Positions 1 through 11,777 of a DNA stretch of 64,000 bases are shown here, in pieces. The first letter of the stretch is position 1. Every line of letters starts with the position of its first letter. The position numbers and the translations under genes were made by a program. This DNA comes from Squalus acanthias (lineage: Eukaryota). The notes beneath the pieces are model-generated. The model had not been told where the DNA came from and ran no database searches. It worked only from the letters and a program-made list of their open reading frames with translations. Location of the stretch: NCBI GenBank assembly GCA_030390025.1, contig CM059444.1:35712001-35776000 (forward strand), given 5' to 3'.

Positions 1-625
1 CACATGATTAATAAACTGATTTAGGAGCAGGTTCACTTAAAACCAACCTTGACCAATCAACATCTCTTCAACCAATAATTACAATGCATCGAAGCAAACC
101 CAAACAAAACTTTGAATGAGCAAAGGTTTGAAAATAATTTCCTACCAGGTCAGACAGGAAGTGTCAAAAACATCATAGCAATGGAAGCTGTGAAGAAATC
201 TGTTCAGCCATTCAGGATTCTTCAAATTTACAGCAAAAGCATGTCCAGAATTGATTAAAATTAATGTTCAACTGGGTCATGCAGACATTTGTCAAGAAAT
301 GCAATAGACACATGCAATTTTAAATACTGATTGCATAATGGTTTTCAATTAAGTTCCAGGACAATGATTAGAGATAAATCTGGAAGGGCTACAAAATAAA
401 TGCAATTTTGATTTAAAAAATCCTTTATACAAGATTATTAAAACAAGGCCAGGTTAGTGTGACATGGAAACTAAAACACTACGTGAAGCATTAGGCCTAG
501 CAAGTTCGACTTTGGTGCTTAGTAAAAGTGTAAAAGCAGACAGGACCAGCGGAATGGTTCCCTGTGCGCAACATACACCCGCCACCTTTCTTGCCTTGCT
601 GAGATGATCAAGCTCAAATTCAAAC

Positions 626-718
626 CTGTCTCACTGTCATCGTTCTTGGCCTCGCCTTTAAAGAAGTCTGTAATCGTTTTCAAAGGACTGCGCCATGGTT
701 GGGGCTGTGCCTCACCAA
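626..718 (-). CDS. FLNB: FLNB alternative 93-nt cassette exon (31 aa, VGEAQPQPWRSPLKTITDFFKGEAKNDDSET) inserted in Ig repeat 13
   Basis: Acceptor tttctgttctAG, donor G|GTTTGA, phase 1-1, open frame. Resembles the 31-aa insert of the long human FLNB isoform (..WRSPLKALSEFFKG..). Confidence 0.85.
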
Positions 719-1062
719 CTAGAACAGAAAACCTTTTACTTGCAGCAAAAATCTGAATGTCGTCACTGAAAAGGTGACAAGTGATTCCCTTATAACAGCA
801 CAGCCTTTCCTAGCTGTACAATGGCCCAAAATCATTAGGACAATATTCAATTTATAAGCTCCACTCCCAGTGAAGTTAGAAGAGGCCAAGTACTTAGCAC
901 ACAAAACATTAGTACGACTGACTTGCCATTCAATCTTTAAATTTAGACCAGGACTCCACATCCTCCCACCCTCCAAAGTGTGCATTCATGTGTAGACCTG
1001 TATCTAGTGACCTGGTATGTTGGTTAATAGTTACCTAAAACTGCCCAATGCTATGATCTTAC

Positions 1063-1230
1063 CTTTTGGTCCCAACACAGTTACTTGGAGAGGAGCTTTT
1101 CCAGCATTGCTGCAGTCCACAGTGAAGTGCTGCGGAACTTTGGCTCGTACTCCTGAACTCAGCCCAGGTCCACTACACTTGACTTTGCTTGGGTCCACAA
1201 CATCTTTGACTGGTACCTTAAATGGACTGC
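1063..1230 (-). CDS. FLNB: FLNB exon 25 (168 nt; [16 protein letters not shown]...VLGPK)
   Basis: cAG acceptor, GTAAGA donor, filamin repeat sequence. Confidence 0.95.
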
Positions 1231-1976
1231 CTGCAAGAAAGAAAATTGGATACTTCAGCGTTTTGAACATTGTAAGTGGTTATCTTATTCGGTGTGGGGT
1301 GATGGCGGTGCAGGGATTTCAGTTTTCAAGTAAAAGAAAAAAAGTTTAAATGGACAATGCAAAGATGAGCACATTTGACCCAAGGTGGTTCAGTATCCAC
1401 AAATCTAAATATTGCTTTGTTAAATTACTGTATAAATGCTTGAAATGCATCCCAATCTACTGGTCACATATTGGAAGCCTAATGGTTCCTATAAATCAGT
1501 ACCATTTAAAAAGTTTAGAAAAAAGTTTTACAATAGTAAAACATAATTGAAACAGTTTAAGATCTGAATCCAATTGGAGAACTAACATTGAAGCAGAAAG
1601 CATTAATTCAGTAGAAATGATACAAGCAGAATTTCTTAAATGAATTACATCAGTTTTGGTATAATCTATTATGCAGACAGCAGATACAAAATTTGTTTTA
1701 ATTTATGTGCGCTGATATTAACATGCCCCCATTTGAAAATCTTGAAATAATGATTTAGAAAAGGGAGATACTAACATGGCAATTGAGCATCTTGGGAACA
1801 TAACTGCACACCAGTTCAACAGTAGTTTTCTTCCATGATGGGAGCTTTGAAATCATCTAATTATTGAAAATGATCTAGCTATTGTCCCAGATTCAATACA
1901 CATGTAATCCTTAGCTCTGATTTACAATATATTTAAAGCAGTAGTTTAATAGATTGAATAGATTCAAAGATTTTAC

Positions 1977-2137
1977 CAGATATGTGCTGTCCTCCATAGG
2001 TAATATTCAAATCATAATCTCCAGGAGTATATGGGATGTATTCAACACTACAGCTTCCATCTTTGTTATCCTTGCAAGACATCTTTGCTTCTGAAGGTCC
2101 TTCAACAGTAATCCCAAGGCCACCAGTACCTGCCCCT
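1977..2137 (-). CDS. FLNB: FLNB exon 24 (161 nt; [21 protein letters not shown]...YGGQHIS)
   Basis: Translated by hand; AG/GT boundaries; phase consistent with neighbours. Confidence 0.95.
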
Positions 2138-2748
2138 CTGCATCACAAGGTTTTCAGTTACTAGTCTTAATTATCCCATCAAAGCTACAATAAACAATCT
2201 AATTTATTAAAATAATTTGTGTTTTTACTGGTATGCAAAAGACATTACAACTCATGCACATAGGCGAATGAGTTTTCAATGTTGTGCCATTATTCAAATC
2301 ATCTACAATAAACTGTTCTATGGCAGTGGTGCAGTCTTCAGACTCAGTTCTATAATTGTGTCAATTGGCAAATGATAAATACAATGATCGGTAGTAGGGT
2401 TCAGGTCTAAATCCAAAGCAGTAAGCTATAAAATGTCCAAATGAATGTTTAAACAAATACCTTCAGTTGTGCCAGTGTGGGTCACAAACACTGACCTCTA
2501 CCCTGGTAAATATTAGAAACCTGTGAAGAATAACTATAGATTCGCTATAACCTATGCATGCTGTTTTATCTCCTGGCAGTCAAGCGGCACTGGTTATGGA
2601 TCCAAACATTTAATTTAGCAGGAATGAGGGTAGCTAGGATATATGTTACGATAAAGGAACGTAGTGGCGGTGAAGAAATGCATCCAGTCTGAATCTAATC
2701 CCCAACCTGGCTTCTGAATCCAATGCCAATTAAGAAATTTAAGATTAC

Positions 2749-2911
2749 CTTGTTAATACAGAGAATTTATTAGCTTTATTGGTCAAGCCCTCTTGAAGTC
2801 CAGGTCCACTTGCAGAGACACGTGAAGGGTCACATCCTTCGATGACTCCTACCTTGAATGGGCTGTTTAGAACTGGTGCATCGTCATAGGTTACATCAAC
2901 TGAGTGCACAC
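2749..2911 (-). CDS. FLNB: FLNB exon 23 (163 nt; GVHSVDVTYDD...FSVLTR)
   Basis: ORF track 2745..2939; AG/GT boundaries. Confidence 0.95.
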
Positions 2912-3500
2912 CTGCACAAAACAAAAACATTTCCACCAACAGAGGTTAAAACCTTATCTTGTTCAAATACCAGGACTAGGAAGTAGTCAGTTTCACATCT
3001 ATTTTCTACATTTGTAGGATTCTTTGCGGTGATGTAAAATTGAAATGCTAAAGACAGATTATTCAAAATGGAACACTTCTCTGCTGTGGCTACTGCCAAA
3101 GTAGTTATTCTTTGACCTTATTGGTGTACTTATTCATGTGCTGGGCTAAAGATAAACTAGATTCAATGATTGCTAGCAATGATGAATTTACAATCTGAAA
3201 ATGGAAATCAGTGGGTCTCTGGTCAGAATTCTCAAAGCAGCAGCTTTTACTACAATGGTGGCCTGGGATATAGGCTTTTGTCTAAACTAATCTAGTTTAT
3301 CCAAGAATTAAAAAAAAAGTTAAATACTTATAATCCACCAATTCTGTGTCAATGGTAATGCTGAACCTCCAAGTTCTTTAGCCAAAAAAAGCAGAAAAAT
3401 TGTGAAAGACAACTACAGGTGCTTCAAAAGGAATGAGGCTCAAATCATTTGTATAATTAATTGCACCTTTCTCACAAAAACAAGTGACCTTCCATCATAC

Positions 3501-3674
3501 CCTTTTCAAATGGGGTGTACTCCACCGCATAAGTCCCATTGCCATTATCCTTAATCAGACAATCTGTGCGAGCTCCTGAAGGATTTACGATGCCCGTTTT
3601 GATGTGGTTTCCTCCCACCTTGGTCAACAAACCTGCATCCACTGTAAAGTCAGTTGTGGCATCACAGAAAACTC
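3501..3674 (-). CDS. FLNB: FLNB exon 22 (174 nt; GVFCDATTDFTVDAG...EYTPFEK)
   Basis: Translated by hand; poly-T tract then tAG acceptor, GTATG donor. Confidence 0.95.
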
Positions 3675-4669
3675 CTACACAAAAAAAAAAGCAATGCAGT
3701 CAGAAGAAAGAACCTAACCAAACTAAATTTGAGCATTATGGTCCTGACTGCTCATTAGGCAGTCAAAGCTGCCCAACATGATAGATTTTCCTGGTCCATA
3801 ACATCATTTCTGGCTTGTGCCAAATTAACTGATCTCAAATGGGGCAATGTTGGAACATTAAAACCACCTACAGTTTCCTTGGACTTAAGGTGGATTGAGG
3901 CTCCCATCCTTGATCGTGCAGTAACTTCTGCTAGAATGCATACAAGTACCCCAGAGTCCAAGAGGGTCAGCTGTAATGGCTCTACATGGGCTGCCAATGC
4001 TTAATATCTGGACCAACTCATTAGGGATGGCTGCTTTGGTAAGGTACTGGAGGACTGCCAGCACCCATGGAGCTGGCATGTGTTTGCCTTCAGGAGAAAA
4101 ACCTCAAAAGAGGAAGTTTGTTCTCAAATAATCATGGAGTTCTAGATTTTAAAGTGCATCACCTAAATATTTTGCCATGAGTGACAGTTCTAGCACAAGG
4201 CAAGCCAGAAAATGCCCCATTATACTCAAGTTTTACTCATTGCCATTAGATGGATGCCTCATACCATGATTACTAAATTAGAGTCCCATTAGCAGATCAA
4301 CAGAAAATATAAAAAAGGGAATTTTTACAAAGCTAGAATAGATAAATCAAAAATCAGTTAGTGCTTATACAGGAGATTGGAAGGAAAAATTAAGAGGCAA
4401 AAAGTCAGGGTCCCACTCCTGATGTCTGTGAAACAGTCACATGTTCACAAGTGCATTTTCTAGCAGTCCTTTTTCCAATGGACAAAGCCTACAAATGTTC
4501 ATTATCTAGGTTCACATGAATAGCCACTTAGGCAAGGTTCCAGACGGAACTATATTTCGATACAAGGTGCCGATCGAGGGAGAGAAACAAATTGGGGATA
4601 GAAAGGAAAGACAATATAGTTTTAAAAACTTTTAGATCACAACTAACAATAAGATTGTGTACACATGCT

Positions 4670-4703
<34 letters not shown>

Positions 4704-4782
4704 AGCAGTGGGAAATATCACAAAATAGAAAAACCATTTGCTACAAGACCACATAACAGCCAATGGTGGAAAAAGCACTTAC

Positions 4783-5380
4783 CATGTCCTTCGATTCCAG
4801 GTCCGTATACTTTAACACCACTAGTATCAACGGCTGGGTCCACCTGCAACCGTGCTGGGAATTTGGGCACAGACTGTCCTCCATACTTCAGTGCAATTGT
4901 GTGGGGACCATGCTGAAGTGGAATGTAGCTAACTGTGTGAGTGCCATCACCATTATCCTGAATATGGGCTTCGGCCTGAACACCTGTATCAGATACCGGT
5001 TCGATGGTCAATTCACCAGGACCAGCTTTTGAACAGTCAACAGTAAATAGTCCAGCTTCTCCAACTTTGCCACGTTCCAAGCCAGGACCAGAGGCAATAA
5101 CTTTGGAAGGATCAAAGGGCAATTTGACGTCTGCCTTGAATGGAGAACCTGGAATGTGAACTTCTTCAAACAAAATATTGACAAGATATTCACCAGGTTC
5201 ATTTGGTAAGTAAGAGACTGAACAGGTGCCATCCCCATTATCTGAGCACTCAATCTTGGCTTCACATGGGCCTTCCACAGTGAGACCCAGCCCACCAGTG
5301 CCAGCTCCTTTGGTGTCAATGGTGAATTCAGCAGATTTGCCCACAAGACCACTTTTGAGGCCTGGCCCATATGCTTTCAC
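4783..5380 (-). CDS. FLNB: FLNB exon 21 (598 nt; [11 protein letters not shown]...GPGIEGH)
   Basis: ORF track 4718..5386; cAG acceptor, GTAAGT donor. Confidence 0.97.
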
Positions 5381-5848
5381 CTGCAAATAAAAAAATTAAT
5401 GGAATATAATTGTTCATGGCCAACAAGCTATAATACTCAACAATTTAAGACAAGTTGCCCTGTTAAAGGGTATCTCATTGTGTTAAACAAACCCAGAGAG
5501 TCTTAAACTGGCTGATTTAGCACAGACTGAGGAAGAACTAAGCTGGGACCTCAACATCAGACCAAGGGATTGATTTAAAAAAAAATTAAAATCACTCTCC
5601 AGTGACCCTACACATGTGTGGTCAGGATCAGCCTTTGTTACAATGCCTGCACTGTAAATCAACACTCAAGGTTCAGATGAAAACCTTCCACAGAAACAAG
5701 GTACCGGAGGGACACAGCTGCTGTTTAACTATCCTGCAGAAGTCAGAAGAAATCTGGATGCAGACACTTCAAATAGGATTTCTTTACCCCAATAGAAGGC
5801 TCAAATCTTGATAGAAGAGAAACTATTTACTTAGCAAAAGTAAACTTA

Positions 5849-6229
5849 TAACAAGTTGTATTTATAGTGCCTTTAATGTAGTAAAACATCCCAAGGTGCT
5901 TCACGGGAGCATTATCAAACAAAATTTGACACCAAGCCATGAGATTAGGGCAAAAGTGTCTTGGAGGAGAGAAGGAGAGAAGTAGAGGTTTAGGGAGGGA
6001 ATTCCAGAGCTGAGGCAGCTGAAGGCATCGGCATCAATGGTGGGATGCTCAAGAGGTCAGAATTGACAAAGTGCAGCAATCTCAGGGGGGTTGTAGGGCT
6101 GGAGGAAATTAGAGCTAGGGAGGGGAGAGGCCATGGAGAAATTTGGAAACAAGGATGAGAATTATTATTTTTTTTTTTATTAAATGTTGCTGAACTTGGA
6201 GCCAATGTAAGTCAGCAAGCACAAGGGTG
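5849..6229 (-). mobile_element. L2-clade LINE 3' end fragment
   Basis: Tail reading ..aaaggcactataaatacaacttgt; same family recurs near 31260, 47440, 53962 and 62865. Confidence 0.7.
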
Positions 6230-6549
6230 TTGAATAGCTAAAATAACTAATGTTCATTTGTACCAGGATAGCTCCATCACAAACTGACATTTATCTTCTA
6301 TATTCCCCAAAATGAGAGCATTTATTGGTGTCACACAAGTTTTTATTGGAAACTCAGTGAAAGCTAAAAATAAACTTAATTGCATTGAATTACCACTTTC
6401 TACTTCCAGTGCTGTGCAAAAATGACGACATTGACTCTTGAGCCTTCCTCAGTTTCTAAGCTTTCTGATTTCTATACCAAGGAAACTAGAAGTGTAAAGG
6501 TGCAAAGCAAAAATAAATCTAGAAGTGTTTACAAAAAATGTTAATTAAC

Positions 6550-6811
6550 CTTGGAAGGATCTGGAGGCAGTGCAGCTTCCAGAGTGAATGGGCTGCCTAC
6601 AACTGGATTCCCATCATACATCACATCAACCATGTACAGTCCTTCTTCCTTTGGGATGTACTTGGCAACACAAACATCTTTACTAGTAACTGGCTCCACT
6701 ACACAGGGCACAGGTTTCCGTGAAGGGCTGGAGATCTTCACATCCACTTTACCTTGACCCCCAGCTCCCTTTGTGTTTATGGTGAACTGCTGATCTTTCC
6801 AACTTCTACTC
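6550..6811 (-). CDS. FLNB: FLNB exon 20 (262 nt as assembled, 263 needed for frame; 1-nt deletion near 6795-6800)
   Basis: Acceptor tttttAG, donor GTTAAT. RVEVGK and DQQFTINTKGAGGQGKVDVKISSPSRK...PPDPSK are in different frames. Confidence 0.9.
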
Positions 6812-8176
6812 CTAAAAATGGAAAGAACATTTATTTTTAATAGTAATGCAAACAGACAGGTAGGAACAAGTGTGTCTTGGACATTTATCTTTATACAATA
6901 GAGTTCTCATCACCATCTAACAGTTCCTCAGTATGAGAAAAAATACCAATATTCATCTGCCCCCTCACAATTGATGTAGTCTCTCTTCTGCCTCCTCTTC
7001 CCCACACAATTGATAAAATTAATATTGCATTTATCTCTAAATTGACATTATTGGCAATGTTTGGTTCACTTGGTTTTCCCTACAGAAACTAATAAGGTAG
7101 GATTAAACTAGGTTAGTGAAAGAACTGTTGAACGATAAGCAAAATGTATTACAAAACATCTGACTTTTGGTCAGCCTCCAACATCCTGAAAATGTATCAG
7201 GTCAATACCTTCCATGCAGTGCACAATTATCCTTTAACAGAATTCAGACAAGACAATGAAGAACTGTTGTGCCCAAGAACAAGCAGAAATCCAAAATGTA
7301 GCCACCAAAACTGGTTGATCATTTGCCACCATAAAGATGTACTGTCAATTTTAAAAAATCTGATTATATACTGTCAATTTAAAAAAGATATATAGGGAAG
7401 GGATTCTGATTTACTGTATGGTTCAAGTTTTAATCAAAGTGAAATTAAAGCACACTGAAAAAGACAAACTAACAGAAGTAAGAGAATGAAAAGAATCTTG
7501 ACTAGTAGAAAAGTGTAAATATTAAGAACTAAAATGTAGGAAAAAAGCAATGCCAAGCAGTTCAAATAAGAAAAAGTTACAAGGAAGCTGGTGATGAGAA
7601 AAAAAAAAAAACTGAAGACCTAGGGGGGAACCAAACTAATTATACATAGTGGTACTTCAAATTATGAATAATTACAATGTTGAATTATGCTGTAGTCACC
7701 TGTGTGTTGTAATATTCTATTGTGCACTATAGTATCTTGCTTTAATTACATATCTGTGCACTCAGATTCCCAGCAAGTGTCAAGTGGTATCGCAAGCAAT
7801 TTTAATAGGTGTCAAGTTTATGTTGGACAACTCAGCAGGTTAGATATGTTAGCCCATCCTCTGCCAGCAAGGGGAGCAAGAAAAATTGTAGGCAAATATG
7901 CAAGTCTTTAATCAGCATTTACTTTTTAAAACCATGATTACATATACACTAGATTTACACATCAGAAAATCTACTGGGGTCAAAATTTTCAATTCTGTAG
8001 GCACCTGGACTAGAAGTGCAATTTTATTCCACACATTATACATGCAGGAGCATTTAGCACTGAAGCTGAACCTGCAACTTACTGTTCCATAGTCAAGTTT
8101 AAATCAAAGCCAACTGGACTACAAATGCAAATACATTTCATTAGAAACATCTCAAATCAGTGAAAGGTGTACATAC

Positions 8177-8294
8177 TGTTTTCAAGACCGTTCACCACGA
8201 TCTTGTTCATGTCAAGTGGGTACGCTACTTCTATGCTGAAGGGGCTCTTAGGAACTGGATCCCCACCATAAGTCACAGCAATTCCCATGTGACC
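8177..8294 (-). CDS. FLNB: FLNB exon 19 (118 nt; [19 protein letters not shown]...NGLEN)
   Basis: Translated by hand; cAG / GTATGT. Confidence 0.95.
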
Positions 8295-8430
8295 CTGCAA
8301 ACACACACACAATTAGAACAGCACTTAGCACAGCAGGTCTCAGCAGTTCTGCCCAAATAGACAGCTCATTAATTCTTACATGGAAACAAGAAATGTTGCT
8401 AAAGTACAATAGGTGAATAGCAGCACCCAC

Positions 8431-8600
8431 CTGCTGTAGTGGTGTATACTTGACTGTCTGAGAGTAGTCATAATTGTCAATTATTTCAAAGTCACCGACG
8501 GCATCTCCTTTTGCAGGCCCACTAAAACGTGCATTAAGTGGGGCCTTCCCAGCACCCTTCGTAAACACAGTGAAATGGGTTGGCTTCCCAAGTTCTACAC
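8431..8600 (-). CDS. FLNB: FLNB exon 18 (170 nt; [10 protein letters not shown]...YTPLQQ)
   Basis: ORF track 8248..8631; cAG / GTGGGT. Confidence 0.95.
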
Positions 8601-10367
8601 CTGCCCATTGAAACAAGAACATGTTACTCATCAGATGCTGAACTTAAATTGCGTAACGGTATGCACTTATGGCAGAGGACAACTGCTGGGGGGAGGCCCC
8701 AAGCACTCGAGGTACGAGAGATGTGTGGTGTAAATACCCCATCCTCTAGCAAACTGCCTTAAATACAACTTCAAAATATTCCACTGAATGGGCACGTTAC
8801 CATTCTTTGTACCACTGATCAATACTTCCTCCCACAGAGATTGCTCACTTTAAAGGTTTGTGCTTCAATCTAGGACCTTGAACAGCCAGAGACTGCCAAT
8901 GAATATGGACATGGAAATAAGTGAGCCTTGCCAGCAAGAGTTGGCAGCACTGCCCCCAGCCCAAAACCATCCAAGATAGCTTGCCATTTGAGCATGTTGC
9001 AAATAGATTTTAAACAATTGCCTGTAAAAGAGAAACGGAGGAACAAACATTTTATTGGATAACTGCTTCAACTAAAAAAGGACAAGTTATTTGCCATTGG
9101 ATGTTACTTTTTACAGTATGGGCATTGCATGTAGGTTCTCGCCATTTTCTTAGGATCAAGAACAGTATAAAACACAGCTTGGTAAAGTTAAAATACCAAT
9201 TTAACAAACATCTGCTTAGCTGCAAGTACATTGATTATTCACAGTTGCTTCCTGCAGAGATCTTGGAATGAATTTTGAGGCTTGCTCAAGTAGTAGGCAT
9301 TACATAAAAGGATTATACTCTCCAAAAATGTACCAGGCAAACCAAAAACAGACAGTCTTTTGCCACAAAAACTATATAGTGGTAGAAAAAAAAAGGAAAG
9401 TCGCCATGGGGGGGGGGGAGGAGGAGAAAGGAGAAAGAGAAACAGCATTCAGACATAAGGAAACCACATGGGTTCAAGATTTTTCAGATTCATCATCATA
9501 TTACATTACTCAATGACACGAAGACATATGGAGCTACCCATTTTGCACAATCAAAATGCCTTACCATAATTATTTTATATACACGGAATCATATTTGTGG
9601 TAGTCACAATACTCAACTTTGCTTCACACTACAGAACCACCCTTAGTCCCAAGCACTTAAATCTGGTTGCCTAATTTTTAAAACTACACCTAGTAACCTA
9701 GTGAATATTGAATGTGTGTACAATATTCCTTAACGGTCATTGTTGAAGTTGAGGAAAGACTGCTGTAGAACCAAGAATGGTTCTGTAGTGGTACCTGAAT
9801 CTTTTGTTCTTAGTGGACCTGATTTTCTCTCATGTGGACATGCATTAGATACTGTGGATGTCAATTCTTTTCTAGGACTACAAAAAGTGAGTAGGGAGAT
9901 GTAATTGACAATAAATGAGGCGAGAAAAATACTTAAGCAAGCACAGATCAGGCAACTGATTAAAGGTTTCTTGCATAAGCAAAGAATATTCACAGGTTGA
10001 GTCATTGCCTAGTTGATCTTACACATAACTGGATCCAAGCAATGATTCACAAGAGTCCCGTGAATGAAAGCATAAAATACCCTCCTCCTGTACCCTGCCT
10101 GAATCCAATATATTGTACTGTACATTTACTTAGCTGCTTTGGAGAGCTTGATGCAACTTGACACCAACACTGCATACTGTTCAAGTTGCATGAAGAATAT
10201 TGTAGCACTTGTTAATACCAGGAAAGTGACCCAACTTACATTTTAGCATCATTTGGCCATCAGCAGTACAGTGCAAGGTGCAAAACACATAAGATAGTAG
10301 GTGAATTTAATGAGAAACTGACCCATGAATCCCATCATGGGGTTAGTGAATGGATGTTGACTCTTAC

Positions 10368-10458
10368 CTGTTTTATGTAATCCTGGGCCATCAGCTTTAA
10401 CTTTGCTGGCATCATGAGATGGATCCACTTTAACTCTGAAAGAGCCGATAGGAATTTC
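10368..10458 (-). CDS. FLNB: FLNB exon 17 (91 nt; [19 protein letters not shown]...LHKT)
   Basis: ORF track 10249..10509; cAG / GTAAGA. Confidence 0.95.
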
Positions 10459-10539
10459 CTGTTGAAAGGAGGGAAGTTTAGCTGGTTGCACAACAAGCTG
10501 GAAGAACAAAGCTGTAGAGTTGAGTCACAGGATACAAAC

Positions 10540-10700
10540 CTGACCAGCAAACAGCACTTTGATGGTATAACGTCCAGCTGCTGGTGGTGTATATTTCACC
10601 GTGAAGGTATCATTAGGATTAGTAATTATGTCAAATTCAATGTCCTCCTCAGAGTCGCTGATTACACGAGCATCACACTTTATGCCAACACTGACATCAC
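10540..10700 (-). CDS. FLNB: FLNB exon 16 (161 nt; [13 protein letters not shown]...LFAGQ)
   Basis: ORF track 10525..10752; cAG / GTTTGT. Confidence 0.95.
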
Positions 10701-10789
10701 CTGAAAACAGTGATAGGAAAAAGTCAGGATTGTTCCCAGTGATAAAAGCCAATCTCTAAACCTGGTTAGACCGACTAGTGGAGAATTAA

Positions 10790-11277
10790 AATGACCGGTT
10801 CCGCTCCATTCCCACTCTGACCTCTGCCTCTTGCACTGTTCCAATGAAGCTCAACCTAAGCTCATGGACCAGCACCTCATCTTTCGATTAAGCACTTTAC
10901 AGCCTTCTGGACCCAAGATTGAATTCAACAATTTCAGATCATAACCTCCGCCCCCATTTCCGCCCCCCCCCCGGATGGCAGCTCTTGATACTGCTATTCC
11001 CATTTACACCTCTTCTAGGCATCATTTGTTTCTTTACTTGTCCCATTACCGTCTCCTATAGCCTTGCATCATTATCCCTTTTGTTGCAATCTCTCCTGCC
11101 TTCCACCCGATCAGACCTTCCCTTTTGTTCTTTCCTCTCCTTCCCTCCCCCATTTCCCTGCATATGCTTAAAACTTGTTATATAACAAACTTTTTCCAGT
11201 TCTGATGAACATTAACTGTTTCTCTCCACAGATGCTGTCTGACCTGTTGAGCATGACCAGCATTTTCTGTTTTTATA
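10790..11277 (+). mobile_element. Penelope-like retroelement 3' fragment
   Basis: Degenerate GIY-YIG C-terminus (QHLIFRLSTLQPSGPKIEFNNFRS*), pyrimidine-rich tract, and the ctgatgaa...ctctccacagatgctg..tgacctg motif typical of shark Penelope pseudo-LTRs. Confidence 0.7.
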
Positions 11278-11425
11278 GTCAACAAGCTATTTGATCACCT
11301 TGGCAGCAAGCAGAACTCAAAACTTAATCGGACATCTATGCGAGATCCACGTTAAAACCACTGGATAACAATTAGGTGCAAGAATCCGATCTGATTTTCC
11401 CCTCAACATGGGGAAATTGAAACTA

Positions 11426-11777
11426 CAGGAAACTCTATTAACCGGCACCCAAATATCCAGAAATCTCTCTTAACAGCAAAATTCTTGAGTAGGTAACCGG
11501 GGTTTTCCTTCATCTCTCGTCTAAAATTAACTAAAAAAACCGAGGCGTTTGCCTTGTATCGGAGCGTGTAGATTGGGAGGGGAATGTGCAGCCCAGGTAG
11601 GCAGCGGACACGACAGATGGTCAGCTGGCGGTCCCCGGGGAGATGGAGCTCTGAATGCAGGCGCATCTCAATGTGTACGGGGCTCTCGTACGTTGGGAGA
11701 TATAACTCTCCGTTATCCAGACTTTGATTAACCGGCACCACGCCGGTCCAGTCGGTGCCGGTTAAAAGAGTTTCCTG
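11426..11777. mobile_element. Non-autonomous Tc1/mariner-pogo(Tigger)-type DNA transposon (MITE)
   Basis: TIR CAGGAAACTCTWTTAACCGGCACC at both ends, flanked by TA on each side. Confidence 0.85.

Noticed and set aside
1031-1062. Alternative donor TAG|GTAACT 28 nt after exon 25
   Set aside because: Out of frame, weaker than the proximal donor and without other support
10459-10539. In-frame retention of the 81-nt intron 16
   Set aside because: Length is a multiple of 3 but it contains an in-frame stop (GQVCIL*)
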